Assembly (NCBI GenBank): GCA_000934665.2
Contig: JYFJ02003567.1
Span: 1-40,217, forward strand
Reading direction: 5' to 3'
Source: Catajapyx aquilonaris
Lineage: Eukaryota
DNA length: 40,217 bases
Shown in pieces: positions 1-10,700 of the stretch. Below the pieces are notes generated by a model. The model had not been told where the DNA came from. It ran no database searches and worked only from the letters and a program-made list of their open reading frames with translations. How positions within the stretch are numbered: the first letter of the stretch is position 1; each line of letters begins with the position of its first letter. A program made the position numbers and the translations under genes.

Positions 1-34
1 GGCACGGGGTAAATTTAAAAAAAAAAAAAAAAAA
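1..34 (+). mobile_element. 3' tail of a SINE family A copy (cut by the window edge)
   Basis: GCACGGGGTA followed by poly(A) matches the 3' end of the 29749-30059 copy. Confidence 0.55.
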
Positions 35-270
35 CTGTCAGATATGTAGCTGCAACATCTGTACACTGACTTGACCTTTCTCTCATGATTTTACCATGTT
101 ACGTACAACTGACCCCAAGGAAGCTTTTACAACCGTCCCCATTGTGTTGTCTTGTAGATATGCTTACTACTTTTTAACTGTACACATGATCAGGTCATCC
201 ATTCTGTCAGTGTGACCCCACTAAAGGAACCTTTCTCATGATACCAAGGGCAACTCAATAACACCTCTAA

Positions 271-590
271 GGGAGGCGTGGTGGCCAAGTCAGGAACAAC
301 TCGGCTTGCTGTGCGCAAGGTCCTGGGCTCGATCCCCGCCCGGGAGTTCCCTTTCGCCTGTGTCTGACCCGCGCCTTGGCGGCATCTGGCAACCTAACCT
401 CCAGGGAGACTGCCCATTATCCTGTTTCCGACATTGCACTTGCACCCGTGTCTCCTCCCCAGAAATCCCCATCCCTACCTCATGCCATTTCTTCCTTGAA
501 CGGTGTTTGAAGAAAAAACAGAAAATTGAGGTTAAAAATGGCGGTGTTCCAACCCCTAAAGGAGCGCTGTTCTCTCTAATGGTGTAAAAA
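271..590 (+). mobile_element. tRNA-derived SINE, family A
   Basis: A-box-like TGGCCAAGTCAGG and B-box-like GGCTCGATCCC; collinear similarity to the 29749-30059 copy (TCTCGGCTTGCTG-like head, GGGAGTTCCC, TCTGGCAACCTAACCT, GCACTTGCACCCG). Confidence 0.8.
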
Positions 591-600
591 TATTTGTATA

Positions 601-984
601 CAGGGTGTTTGTTACTAGTCCAGCCAACGGCCATCAGCATATTCCTTGAGCCAAAAGAAGTCGAAAATGTAGGGGGGAGAAATGTCTACGGAGCAACCCT
701 TTAAAATGACCTTGACCAGAAACATTGGTCAATGATTTCCGAAGGAGCAGGATATGAGCATGAAAATCGCGACTGTTGAGATTTGCAAGGTCACTTTCTT
801 CACATAAGTGATCGTCACCACATCCTGCAACTTCGGCAACCACCGACCAATGTTTCTGGTCATCTACCTCGTTAACAGTTGGTCCCTCGACATTTCTCCC
901 CCCTACATTTTCGACTTGTTTTGACCCTAGGAATAAGCTGACGGCCATTGGCAGGACTAGTTACACTCTGTTAGAAACACTCTG
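601..984. mobile_element. MITE, Tc1/mariner-type
   Basis: TA|CAGGGTGTTT...AAACACTCTG|TA with long imperfect inverted arms (AAGTCGAAAATGTAGGGGGGAGAAATGTC and its reverse complement). Confidence 0.85.

Positions 985-1050
<66 letters not shown>
985..1050. repeat. (TAA)n microsatellite starting at the MITE TA target site
   Basis: About 20 direct TAA units. Confidence 0.97.
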
Positions 1051-1053
<3 letters not shown>

Positions 1054-1222
1054 CAACTCTACCCTCTGCATAATCACTTGATTACTGCCACTCACAAAAG
1101 TTGGGAACACACCTTGATTTTGGTTTTTTGCATGTAGAAGAACAAAAAACAAAAAAGTAGCAGTCTAAATTTTGCCCGGCTTAGAGGCCATACTGGCACA
1201 CGTACGGTGTCAGTTTCAGCTT

Positions 1223-2153
1223 CAGGGGGAGGATTCACAAAAGAGAGCAAACAGATACACCTTCGCAAGTTCAGTTCACTTTTCGCCACCGGAGGGGTGG
1301 CGCTGCGAGTTGGATTCACAAAGCAGCGCAACTACTTACAACCGGGCGGATCTCTGCGCCTGGTCGGGGGGTACGTGTAAGTGGGAGAAGTGACATGGCT
1401 CCTATTTGGACCGGAGCTAGAAGTCGGAGATAGACCTCACCCAGCCTTTCCCCAGATAATCCGGGATCGCATGTGGACCCCCCGTTACATGCCGGCCATG
1501 GGTAGGCCTACTCACGGCGTAAAATCCGGCCGACGCGACGACACTTGCTCCCGGCAGACGACGAGGGTTTAATAACTCGTCAAGTCCGTTGTACGCTCAA
1601 CTTCCGAATGATTTACCCCTCGGCACAGACAAAGCAACAGTTTCGGCCACCTTTGCCTGACTGCCCACTGCCAATAGCTTATTTGGTTAGCTCGGGTAAG
1701 GAGTGCGGGAATAGTGGAATGTGTCCAAGCCCGATTTGCCCCTAGACAATCCGGCGGCAGCCTTGAGCGGGGGTCTAGCCCCAACCCTCAATAAACTAGT
1801 TGGTCACCGGTTTTTATTTCAGCCGAGTGCTACAATTTTCAGGTATTCCACCAAAGATGATAACTCTTTCCAAGCTCTTTCCCACCTTCCCTTAGTATCT
1901 TTGCCTTCCGCTAGGTTGGCGCTAGGGTGGGTTCTGGCTGGGTTCGGGTGGCCGTCTAACAACGCAGCCAATAGCGAGCCCCGTTACATGACACGTGACT
2001 TTTACCCTTGTGCCTCCCTTACACCGAGTGCTGCGCCGCTTTGTGAATCACTTTACACCTCTCCCTACAACCGGTTGTAAGGGGAGCGTAAAGATATGGG
2101 TGTAAATCACTTACGCCCTCGAATGTTGCGCTCTTTTGTGAATCCTCCCCCTG
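1223..2153. mobile_element. Non-autonomous DNA transposon, about 930 bp
   Basis: TIR CAGGGGGAGGATTCACAAAAGAG at 1223 and its reverse complement ending at 2153; subterminal inverted GATTCACAAAGC(A/G)GCGCA. No identical TSD seen, so superfamily is uncertain (Harbinger-like). Confidence 0.75.
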
Positions 2154-2252
2154 GGCCTTCCAAACGTATTTATTATTGGCGATGTTACAACCGTACCATG
2201 TTACAACAGACCCTAATCTCCTGAACAGTAGATAAAACAATGCATAACTCAC

Positions 2253-2393
2253 ATCTTGCTCCTCTAGGTTCCCACCATTGTCAGCTCCATTGGTGAGAGC
2301 ATCTCCTGATTCAACATTAATAAATTCAAAGAAGGGGCCCATGATGCTGATGAAGTTGGCGACGTCCTCTGTGTAGGACATTGTCTCTACAAT
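2253..2393 (-). CDS. ACBD5: ACBD5-like coding exon 3 (IVETMSYTEDVANF...LEEQD)
   Basis: CAG acceptor, GTGAGT donor, 141 nt, phase 0-0; continues the ACBD5 KK|IIETM junction. Confidence 0.88.
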
Positions 2394-5300
2394 CTGCATT
2401 AGAAAAAATTCATCAATCCTTATGCTTAATTTCCCAATGTACAGTCAAAATTTGCACTGTATAGGGACCCTACACCATGATGGTAGTGGAAGTTTGGACA
2501 TCACCAAGGCACCACTGCAATCTTGAAATAGGCAGTCTGTATAATATCTAACACTGTCAATATATTACAAACAAAAGGACAAAACTTTCTGCAGAAATAT
2601 TTCCAACAGCATATCTCAAAATCTCCCATTTTTAATATTAAGGGTCTCACCTTACAAATTATGTAATCCTCCAGGGACAAATCCTTTGTCAACAACTTTC
2701 AGCCTCCAAACAAGAATCACACCTGAGACTTCCTATACACGTTACTAGCAATATGTGCTGTTGGAGTTGAATTTGGAAGTAACAGGTTTGCAAATCAGGC
2801 TCTTTTCAGGTAAGATGGCTTGACCTACTTTTATCTCACCATCTGTCACTTTAATATAACTGGACCACTACAGATTATTATCCTGATTCAAACACATTCA
2901 ATATCACTATGCTGTAAGCTCAACATCACCCTGAACTATTTACTACAATTTTGTACTACATGCAGCATAAGAAATAAAAATTTGTGTAACACTGATAAAA
3001 CCACAAGAGGATACACATGTGCAAAATAACAACTAAAAAACATGCACTTAAGGCAATCAATTACTCATCAGAAGTAGCAAAGGCATATGGAGTTATATGT
3101 ACAACCAGTCCTTACTGTACTGAACACAGTTCACTGACCGGTTTAAGTGGCCATCATTGCTGTACTTACAAATTATAATCACACAAGCTATGATTTATAA
3201 TTTTAATCACACACATTATATTTTGATACTGGCAACAAATTGTTCCCCAATTCATGGTCATGGTGTTTTGAAAAGACCATCCTGGAGGTCACATCTCCAA
3301 TCACATTGAAGACATTCACTACCACCACAAGGAAATAGGGCCAAGTACGGAAAAGGGAATTTGCTTGCATGAGACAGCAAGATTAACCTTCAACTGAGGA
3401 GCCAGCTTTGTACCCACAAGGTTAAGAGACCATTCCAGTGTAGGTGGAATGACCTTCTGCTTCCTGGACCTTTAGCAAGGTGTTTCTTTTCACACTTTTT
3501 AGGCCTAGGTGATGAAGAGCCACCAAGCCATAAGCAGAAGTAAGGGAGAAAATATGAGGAGGTGGCTGCCAAAAGTGGCTATCTTTGCCGAATCTCATTA
3601 TGAAAAGATGACAGCACCTTTATAGTTTTGATTTGTATGGCTGAAAACAGGCAGCTGACACTCCCCACCATATTGTGTGAGCTTAGCTCTGCTCCTCCAC
3701 TGAGGGGATTGCCACTGGCGGCGCTAGTCACGGTACCCAAGACGAGTGGCGCCTTACCTAGCTGGATATTCTGAACTAGACATAGAGGCATCAGCACCCC
3801 ATGCTTGATGCAATATGGTTCAGAATTTCCCGCTAGGTAAGGCACCACTCATCTTGGGTACCGAGACTGGTGCCGCGCGTGGCAACCCCCCTCGCTGGGG
3901 GAGCAGAGCTAAGCTCACAGGGGGACAACGGCGGCGGAATGCATTTGCATTTCTATTTGGGGGGGGGGGGGGGGGGGNTGTGCCCCCCCCCAACTCGTTT
4001 TCAAAGCGTACATAGCGTTTTTGACTTAACAAAAATGCCGAAATCCGAATGGTTCAGAAAATGCCCATAAGACGTGGCCGCTTCTGGTTTTCTACTCCAC
4101 GATGTGGGCTAGTAATAATCTTATTGTTGTTTGGCAAATTGGTGAAAGGAAAGGCAGAAATGATTATTTGAGCTCCTGAACGGCCCCTGGGCAGAAAGAT
4201 GTGATGGTTAGGCGTTATAGGGGGTGATAGATGGAGACCTTTGAGTTGGTGTTCCCCCGCTTGATGAGTGTTTCCGATCAGTATAGCGTCTGGGAGTTCC
4301 AAAGACTGTGTGTGTTACATGATGGTGTGAGTTTTGTATGAAACAAGGCCGCGCGGCAGCGCGGTCGTTAGAAAAAATGACGGTTAGAATGAAATCAGAA
4401 GTGATTACTGAGGTGATCGGAGGTGATACCCTTGGTGCTGCCACCTGCCTGCCGCCGCCCCCCCCCCCCNNNNNGTTCCGCCGGGCCTGCAGGGGGACCA
4501 ATGTACTGGTATAGGGAGTGTCAGTGGCCTGGCTGAAAATGTTTCCCAGATTTCCTCCTCATGTTATGGTGCCAAAAAAAACTGATTTCAACATGTGGCT
4601 TTGGCTCATGATGTGCCCCATTACTTGAAAGGTTTAATGGCAGTGCCAGCTCAAAATCAACATAATATGAAGATAGCCACTTTTGACAGCCCCTCTTCAT
4701 ATTATGATTATGGAAACTGCATGAATACTTCGAACTCAAGTTGGAAGCCCATTATCTTGGTAACAAAATTTCCCATATAAAATTACCCATCTACATAAAG
4801 TGATGCTCTAGTGATCAGGAATGTAACCATATATGCATGTTGCTATTTTTACAAATAAGCCCATAAATCAGAGGGGTTATTCAGCCATTTCTCCCAAAAA
4901 CAGTGCAGGCAAGACTTTTCAGTGAGTGTGTGCAAGTGCCTAACTTCAGATCAGGGCACAAAATGGACCTGCGACACTGTAAGCATAGCGAGGAGACAAT
5001 CAGTCCAGTCACTATATGTGTCCCTATATGTGTGTCCATGCGTGTTTGTGATGGGTGGTGGTGGTGCATGACAAACACGTGCAGAGTGAAGCATTTTGCC
5101 TTTATCACATCTTATAAATGTGCAAGTTATTTTTAATTTTGGCATATACACATATTCTGACATTTGTAACTCTGTCGCTGAGTCCACCCACCCAGAATCC
5201 TCCAGATGGGCTTGCTCCTCCCATTACTTCCAAGATCAGTTCCCCAACATCATTCAAGTATTGATGCATTAAGTCATCTCTATCCATAATCAGGGTGGGA

Positions 5301-6945
5301 ATAATTTGGTTTTCCATTTATTTGATGAGGTCTTTCAGTAACCAAACTGTAATTCTGTCTAAGATATGGAAGCTTGCCTCTCTTGCCTGACCTGCAAAAT
5401 GTGGGACCATGCAAATTCCTGCAATTCAAACAGCTCAAAAGATTTCCACTGCTTACAGATTTCAGCTGACACTAATTAGGCAGGGGCACTAGTGGCACCC
5501 TGGCCTAATATGGTTAATACGAATAATAGTGGAAAAAGCAGATAATAGTTAATACGGGCTAATACGGCAGGGTTTTTTAAAATGGCATGGGGGTTTAGTA
5601 CAGGGGGTTCCAGTAATAATTTGCAGAGAAAAGGGTTGTGTGACAACAAAGGGGATTAAGACTACTGCCCTAAGCCCCCCCTTGGATGAAAGAAATTGTT
5701 ATACCCAGTGCATATGGGCACCAACAAGTAACGCCAAGAAAAAAAATGTAGTCCATTCAATTGCATTCCCACTACCAGCCAGCAAAAGATATTTTAAAGG
5801 AAAATATCTCTTAAAAATTAAAAATAAATAAAATATTGAAGGCATATGTGGAAAATATTTTATTACTAATATTTCTCAACACAACATTATACCAATGACG
5901 AATGGCAATATGTACAATAAGGACTGTCTGTACATGGTGCGGTGAAACTTTTTATTTACATACGAGAAGACATTACCTGCTTCATCTCTGACATCATCTG
6001 CATCTCTGTCTTTTGTTGAAAAACACTCATATCCATGCCCAAGTCGTCCATAACTTTAGCTATTTCCTACGAGTAAAGTTTCCTATTTTCAAACATCCAA
6101 AAACAAGCAACTCAAAAGACGAAAAAATAAGTTTCATCCAAAATGAAAAACATCATGCACTGCTGGTTTGAAATTTAGTATATAAATATAAAATCAGAAT
6201 TTGCAGACGACAATAAACACATACAAGAACAAGTGAAGCATTACAAGTAAAGCATGATCATTGGAACTAACCTTTTTCAGATCTTCAACATATAGCCTCA
6301 TGGCCTCTTCCCTTGAGATGCTACCTATCTTATTCCATGCATCCCACTTTGCACGGCCAACAACATCCCAGAAGCCCGGCTTCCTGACATTACACGGTCC
6401 TTCAGTAGCTTGCTTGTAGAGACCGTAGAAGTGCAATTTCATAGAGTATGACGGTTCATAAGGCCCTACAATAAGAGAAGTATGCCAATAAAATTCTACG
6501 ATTAATTTCAAAATATCAGACATGTCGCGGAGTGAGAATTACAAATTGTAACTACATAGGATTTTCATTGCAGTTACAACCTTGTAATCTCACCCCGCGA
6601 TGTGAGAACCATGTCTTTATTCTGTGCCGCACAAACACAAAAAATATTACAAAGCTGAAATATGGCATGGCAAAGTTACTTTTAGTGGTTATCAAAAATA
6701 TCAGCTGATATTAGTTTCACAGAATAGTCCTAGTTTCAAAGTGACCTCATGACCTATCAAACACTACTCACACATGACCATTTTTTTTCCTTTCCCTCCC
6801 GACCTACTGGCAGCAAAACAAACTGCACAAAAAATATCATAGCCAACTAGCAACTCATGCTAGCAGAAGACATGTTCTCACCATTCTTCGGCAAACTCTG
6901 AATGACTTTGATGGCCGCGTTGAACTTTTGCTCCATCGACGCCAT
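2253..6945 (-). CDS. ACBD5: Acyl-CoA-binding domain protein of ACBD4/ACBD5 type, 5' part; downstream exons not found in the window
   Basis: Exons 6882-6945, 6272-6465 and 2253-2393 splice in frame to MASMEQKFNAAIKVIQSLPKNGPYEPS...FYGLYKQATEGPC...KPGFWDVVGRAKWDAW...EEAMRLYVEDLKK|IVETMSY. The KVIQSLPKNG and KKIxETM motifs are characteristic of ACBD4/5. Confidence 0.9.
3676..3919. mobile_element. Foldback/MITE hairpin, about 100-bp arms
   Basis: TGTGAGCTTAGCTCTGCTCC...GGAGCAGAGCTAAGCTCACA; inner GGTACCCAAGA/TCTTGGGTACC. Confidence 0.8.
5977..6066 (-). CDS. Candidate alternative ACBD5 exon (EIAKVMDDLGMDMSVFQQKTEMQMMSEMKQ)
   Basis: CTTTACTCGTAG acceptor and CAG|GTAATG donor; 90 nt, open in phase 0 after exon 2. 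No homology support. Confidence 0.5.
6272..6465 (-). CDS. ACBD5: ACBD5-like coding exon 2 (ACBP core)
   Basis: TAG acceptor, AAG|GTTAGT donor; YKQAT and KWDAW motifs. Confidence 0.95.
6882..6945 (-). CDS. ACBD5: ACBD5-like coding exon 1
   Basis: ATG at 6943-6945; donor G|GTGAG; 64 nt. Confidence 0.9.
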
Positions 6946-7438
6946 ACTGCCTACTGACACTGACCATCCACTTCCTACTACCACGGGAGTAAATGACCTC
7001 ACGAAATCGGGCTACCGGAGCTTCTTGTCCTGCTTCCTGCTTCTCACGTTCGCCCTCTTCTTCTTCTGCACTCCTGGAATTACCATAAATCTGCAAGGTC
7101 AGTGTACATATTTCCAACTCTGGTTGTGTGCTGCAATAAAGCCACGCTTGATTCAAGTAACAAGTTGTAAGCAAAATTTTTATGCTTATCTTTAAATATA
7201 TATACATTTTATGCGATATTTTTTATATATATTTACAAATTATATACATTATATAGAGTAGCAGTATCTTTCGTGTCAGTACTGCAGTACGTAATTCAGA
7301 ATGTAACGGTGTATAGGCAAGTTTAGTGTGTGTTCCAGAGATGGTGTTGGCATGCTTGATGACAATTCGTTCTGTAATGGTCATTACGGTGCAATAATAT
7401 TAGAACCACATTAGAACCGTATTCGGAATTCCATTCTT

Positions 7439-7751
7439 AATTATTTGGTGAAAAGTTCACAGTTTTGTACTTCGGAATAATTTTGTGCGCCATTTTTGTG
7501 CCATTCTCAAGGTATGTTTCCACCGGCATAATTTTTGAGCACAAAAAGAACAGTAGCCTACAGAAATGAAGCACAAAATTATTCCAAAGTTCAAAATTTT
7601 GAACTTTGGAATAATTTTGTGCTCCATTTCTGTACAGTTCTTTTTGTGCTCAAAAATTATGCCGGTGGAAACGTACCTTAAGAATGGCACAAAAATGGAG
7701 CACAAAATTATTCAAAAGTACAAAATTTTGAACTTTTCAGACTAAATAATT
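7439..7751. repeat. Near-perfect loopless palindrome of about 310 bp built from MITE ends
   Basis: Centre TTCAAAA|TTTTGAA at 7596/7597; internal TIR-like GTTTCCACCGGCATAATTTTTG at about 7516 and its reverse complement at about 7651-7672; a further copy of this end lies at 8044-8071. Confidence 0.85.
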
Positions 7752-10700
7752 GTGCCCGGCACAAAATGGAAATATACAAGATGCCTAACCGTGATGGACT
7801 TATCGGAATTATTTTTGCGATAATTCAAGCACAATATTGATGGTTAAATTTTAAAAGCTAAACGATTTTCGGACGGGGGTTCAGTTTTAATAAAATATAT
7901 TCGGAACTTTGGGTGCTCCCTTCTGAGCGCTCATTTTTGTTTCTTTTTGTGAAAAGAACAAAAATTGTCCTGGTTGGAACAAGTTGTGCTGCACAAAAAT
8001 TGCCTGGGAAACAAAACTATTCTGGCATAAATTTTGTCCAGAACAAAAATTATGCCGGTGGAAACAGGCCTTTATGCTTCCTTTTTTGTGATGAACAGTG
8101 ATGGATTGAACTAAATCTGAAAAACAAGGCTGTTTATAATATAATACTGTGGCTTTAATTACCTCTGCTCTGCAATAAACTAAATCGTTCATAGTAGGCT
8201 AATAACTATAGCTGTTATATTACGCCGATTGTTTTTCTGATTGGAATAATGTAGGCCGACGGTTAAGCAACATTAAATGCGTGTTTCATAAAAGTAGCTC
8301 GCTTTGCAAGCTGAAAGGTTGAAAATAATAAAATATAATCGTTAAATTGTGGCTAGATTTATGGTGTATTTCGATCAATGATCCCAATATCTACCATAAT
8401 AAAAATGGCTAGAACATGTTTTCAGAAGAACTATTTTGTTTGGGAAAGGGTCAATAATGGGTGGTCCGTCGTGTAGCACATAAGAGAGATCGTGTCGCCC
8501 TAGATTTACGAACTGGCCAGTAGGGTACTCAAACTGAAAAGTCGCACTGGCCATGTCAACTTAATGTTCACTACAATCCTGAAAGAGAATTAAGCTAGAT
8601 GTAGGTCATGTTGAACAATATCAAGCTGCAAGTCTTCACCGAGATATTAATGCAAAACAAAAACTGATCTACAATGAGATTTCTCTTTCACAAAAAGGAT
8701 GTCTAGTAAATGTCTACAATATACATTACAATACAATATACCGGTAATACTATTCCTTCGCGTAATGGGAAGAATCTTATCCTCGCCTTGCGTGACTGCC
8801 CCACAAACTTTACAAAGGCCGGATATAATGCGCAGCACAAGTTACGTAACAACGTCTCACCTACATTATTCATAGCATTAAGAAATACACTGTACGTACT
8901 GCACTAATAATGTAGGACATTATTAAATAACTCACTCAGAGTATAATAACTTTTCAACACTATTTACTGGTCATTGGCATGACGTATAGTCTACTTATAC
9001 ATGTATACAACCGGTTTACTCTCCAGGTTTCTTAGTTCAAGGTCCGGAATAAGTTGTAATTGTTTACCCCACTTTAAAGCTTTAAAAAACAATCCTAAAA
9101 AGTGAATGTGGCATTATTTATTGCTTCCAACGGGTTGCTTATCTTTTAACTGGTTACTGGGGTAAGCAATTCCTACGGTAATCTTTCTCTTCTACTGGGG
9201 CCTTGTGCAGTCCAACATCTATTCAGGATGCTATTTAATCGTTCTCGTATGATACACACCGTAGTGACACTCGTGACAATGTAGGAGTCACGGGAGGTCG
9301 ATTTTAAAATGCATTGACTCATTGTATGCATATGCCAAATGGGAAGAACCGGATTTTGGCCCAAGTCCTTGACGAGTCAAGTAATGATCAAGTCAGTTTC
9401 TGGTATAAAATATAGTACAATTTCCTAAAAATATGTTCGAAAAAATGGGTGTCATGAGGTAGCCTAGAATGCAACCTTAAAACTTAAATCGGTGGATATA
9501 TTTCCAAAAATTTCTATTATATATCCTACGGTACGTTAAGTAAGACTGAGTGACAGAATGTACAAGGACTTGAAATAGGTCAATAAAATGAAAATAAGCC
9601 AATAACCGATTCAAGGACATGGTTTCGAATAAGTCCAGGAACAATGCTTCTACTTCCGTACGTAGGCCTAAGTCACTGACATTGTGTGCGAGATATCAAG
9701 TTCACTACCGGTATCTAAGGACATTGAAACACCCTTCCTATTGCCTGACCTTTCATTCAATGTCGTTATTGTCTTGCGTTCATTCACCCTCTACTCTTTT
9801 CATAAATCCTTGTCGTTACGCGTCCTTGTAGTGAGGATTTCACTGGAAGTAATAGTTGCTCAGGTGACAATTGGCTGTTGTTAATTGTCATAATTGAGCA
9901 CACCTGACAGGTTTTTAGATAGACAACGAGAGAAAAATACGAGAAAAACTACGTCATTACCATACGGTAAAAGTTACAAAATGGAAGCGGTAATCTTAAT
10001 GCCAAAAAGTTGCGTCTTCTTCCCTAGCTCTATTATTTTTTAGTACACTGCTTCAAAATAGGCCACCTCTTTCCACCCACTTTTGTTACTGCAGCGAAGC
10101 TGTGCGGTTTATTTGGGTATAGTGGACATGAGCATAATTAAACGCAACTGCTGGTTGCCATCTTTGCTGAACTGTGATGAACAATTTGGGAGGAATTTGA
10201 CCAGATGACACAGCGCAAAATTAACCTCCCCTCTCCCCCATCCCGTTGAGTTCTGACGTCACAGTGAAACTACAGTGCACTGTGCTAAATTGGAAAAACA
10301 GACATACCAGTACTTTCCTGGGTTAAGGTTTCGCCCTACACCTACAGTGACATAATTGTTCATTTAGAATGAACAGTAAGAGAGAATGCGACAAAATACA
10401 GTTCAGTTAACTGTAATGCACGATATGTTTGTAAAAAAATTATTCTAATATTTAATGCAATTGTGACATATTCTGTAACATGCTCTACAATAGTTTATAA
10501 TTTTCAGTCATAATATGATGTTTAAAAAATAGTTTATGCAGTACCTGCAGTCTTTCTACTTTTAGCGACAACTGGACTTAAATGAAAATACTGAAACAGG
10601 ACAGTAGCCTACCTGCAGTATACCTACCTGCTACTGGAGGCAGAACTCCTGCTCTGTCGCCCAATTTCCACAATGTCATCGGCTTTCCACACAGCTGCTG

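Noticed and set aside
3959..4474. Poly-G/poly-C runs next to Ns (also 15787-15809 and 30248-30278) as possible G-quadruplex features
   Set aside because: Run lengths are unreliable at assembly gaps.
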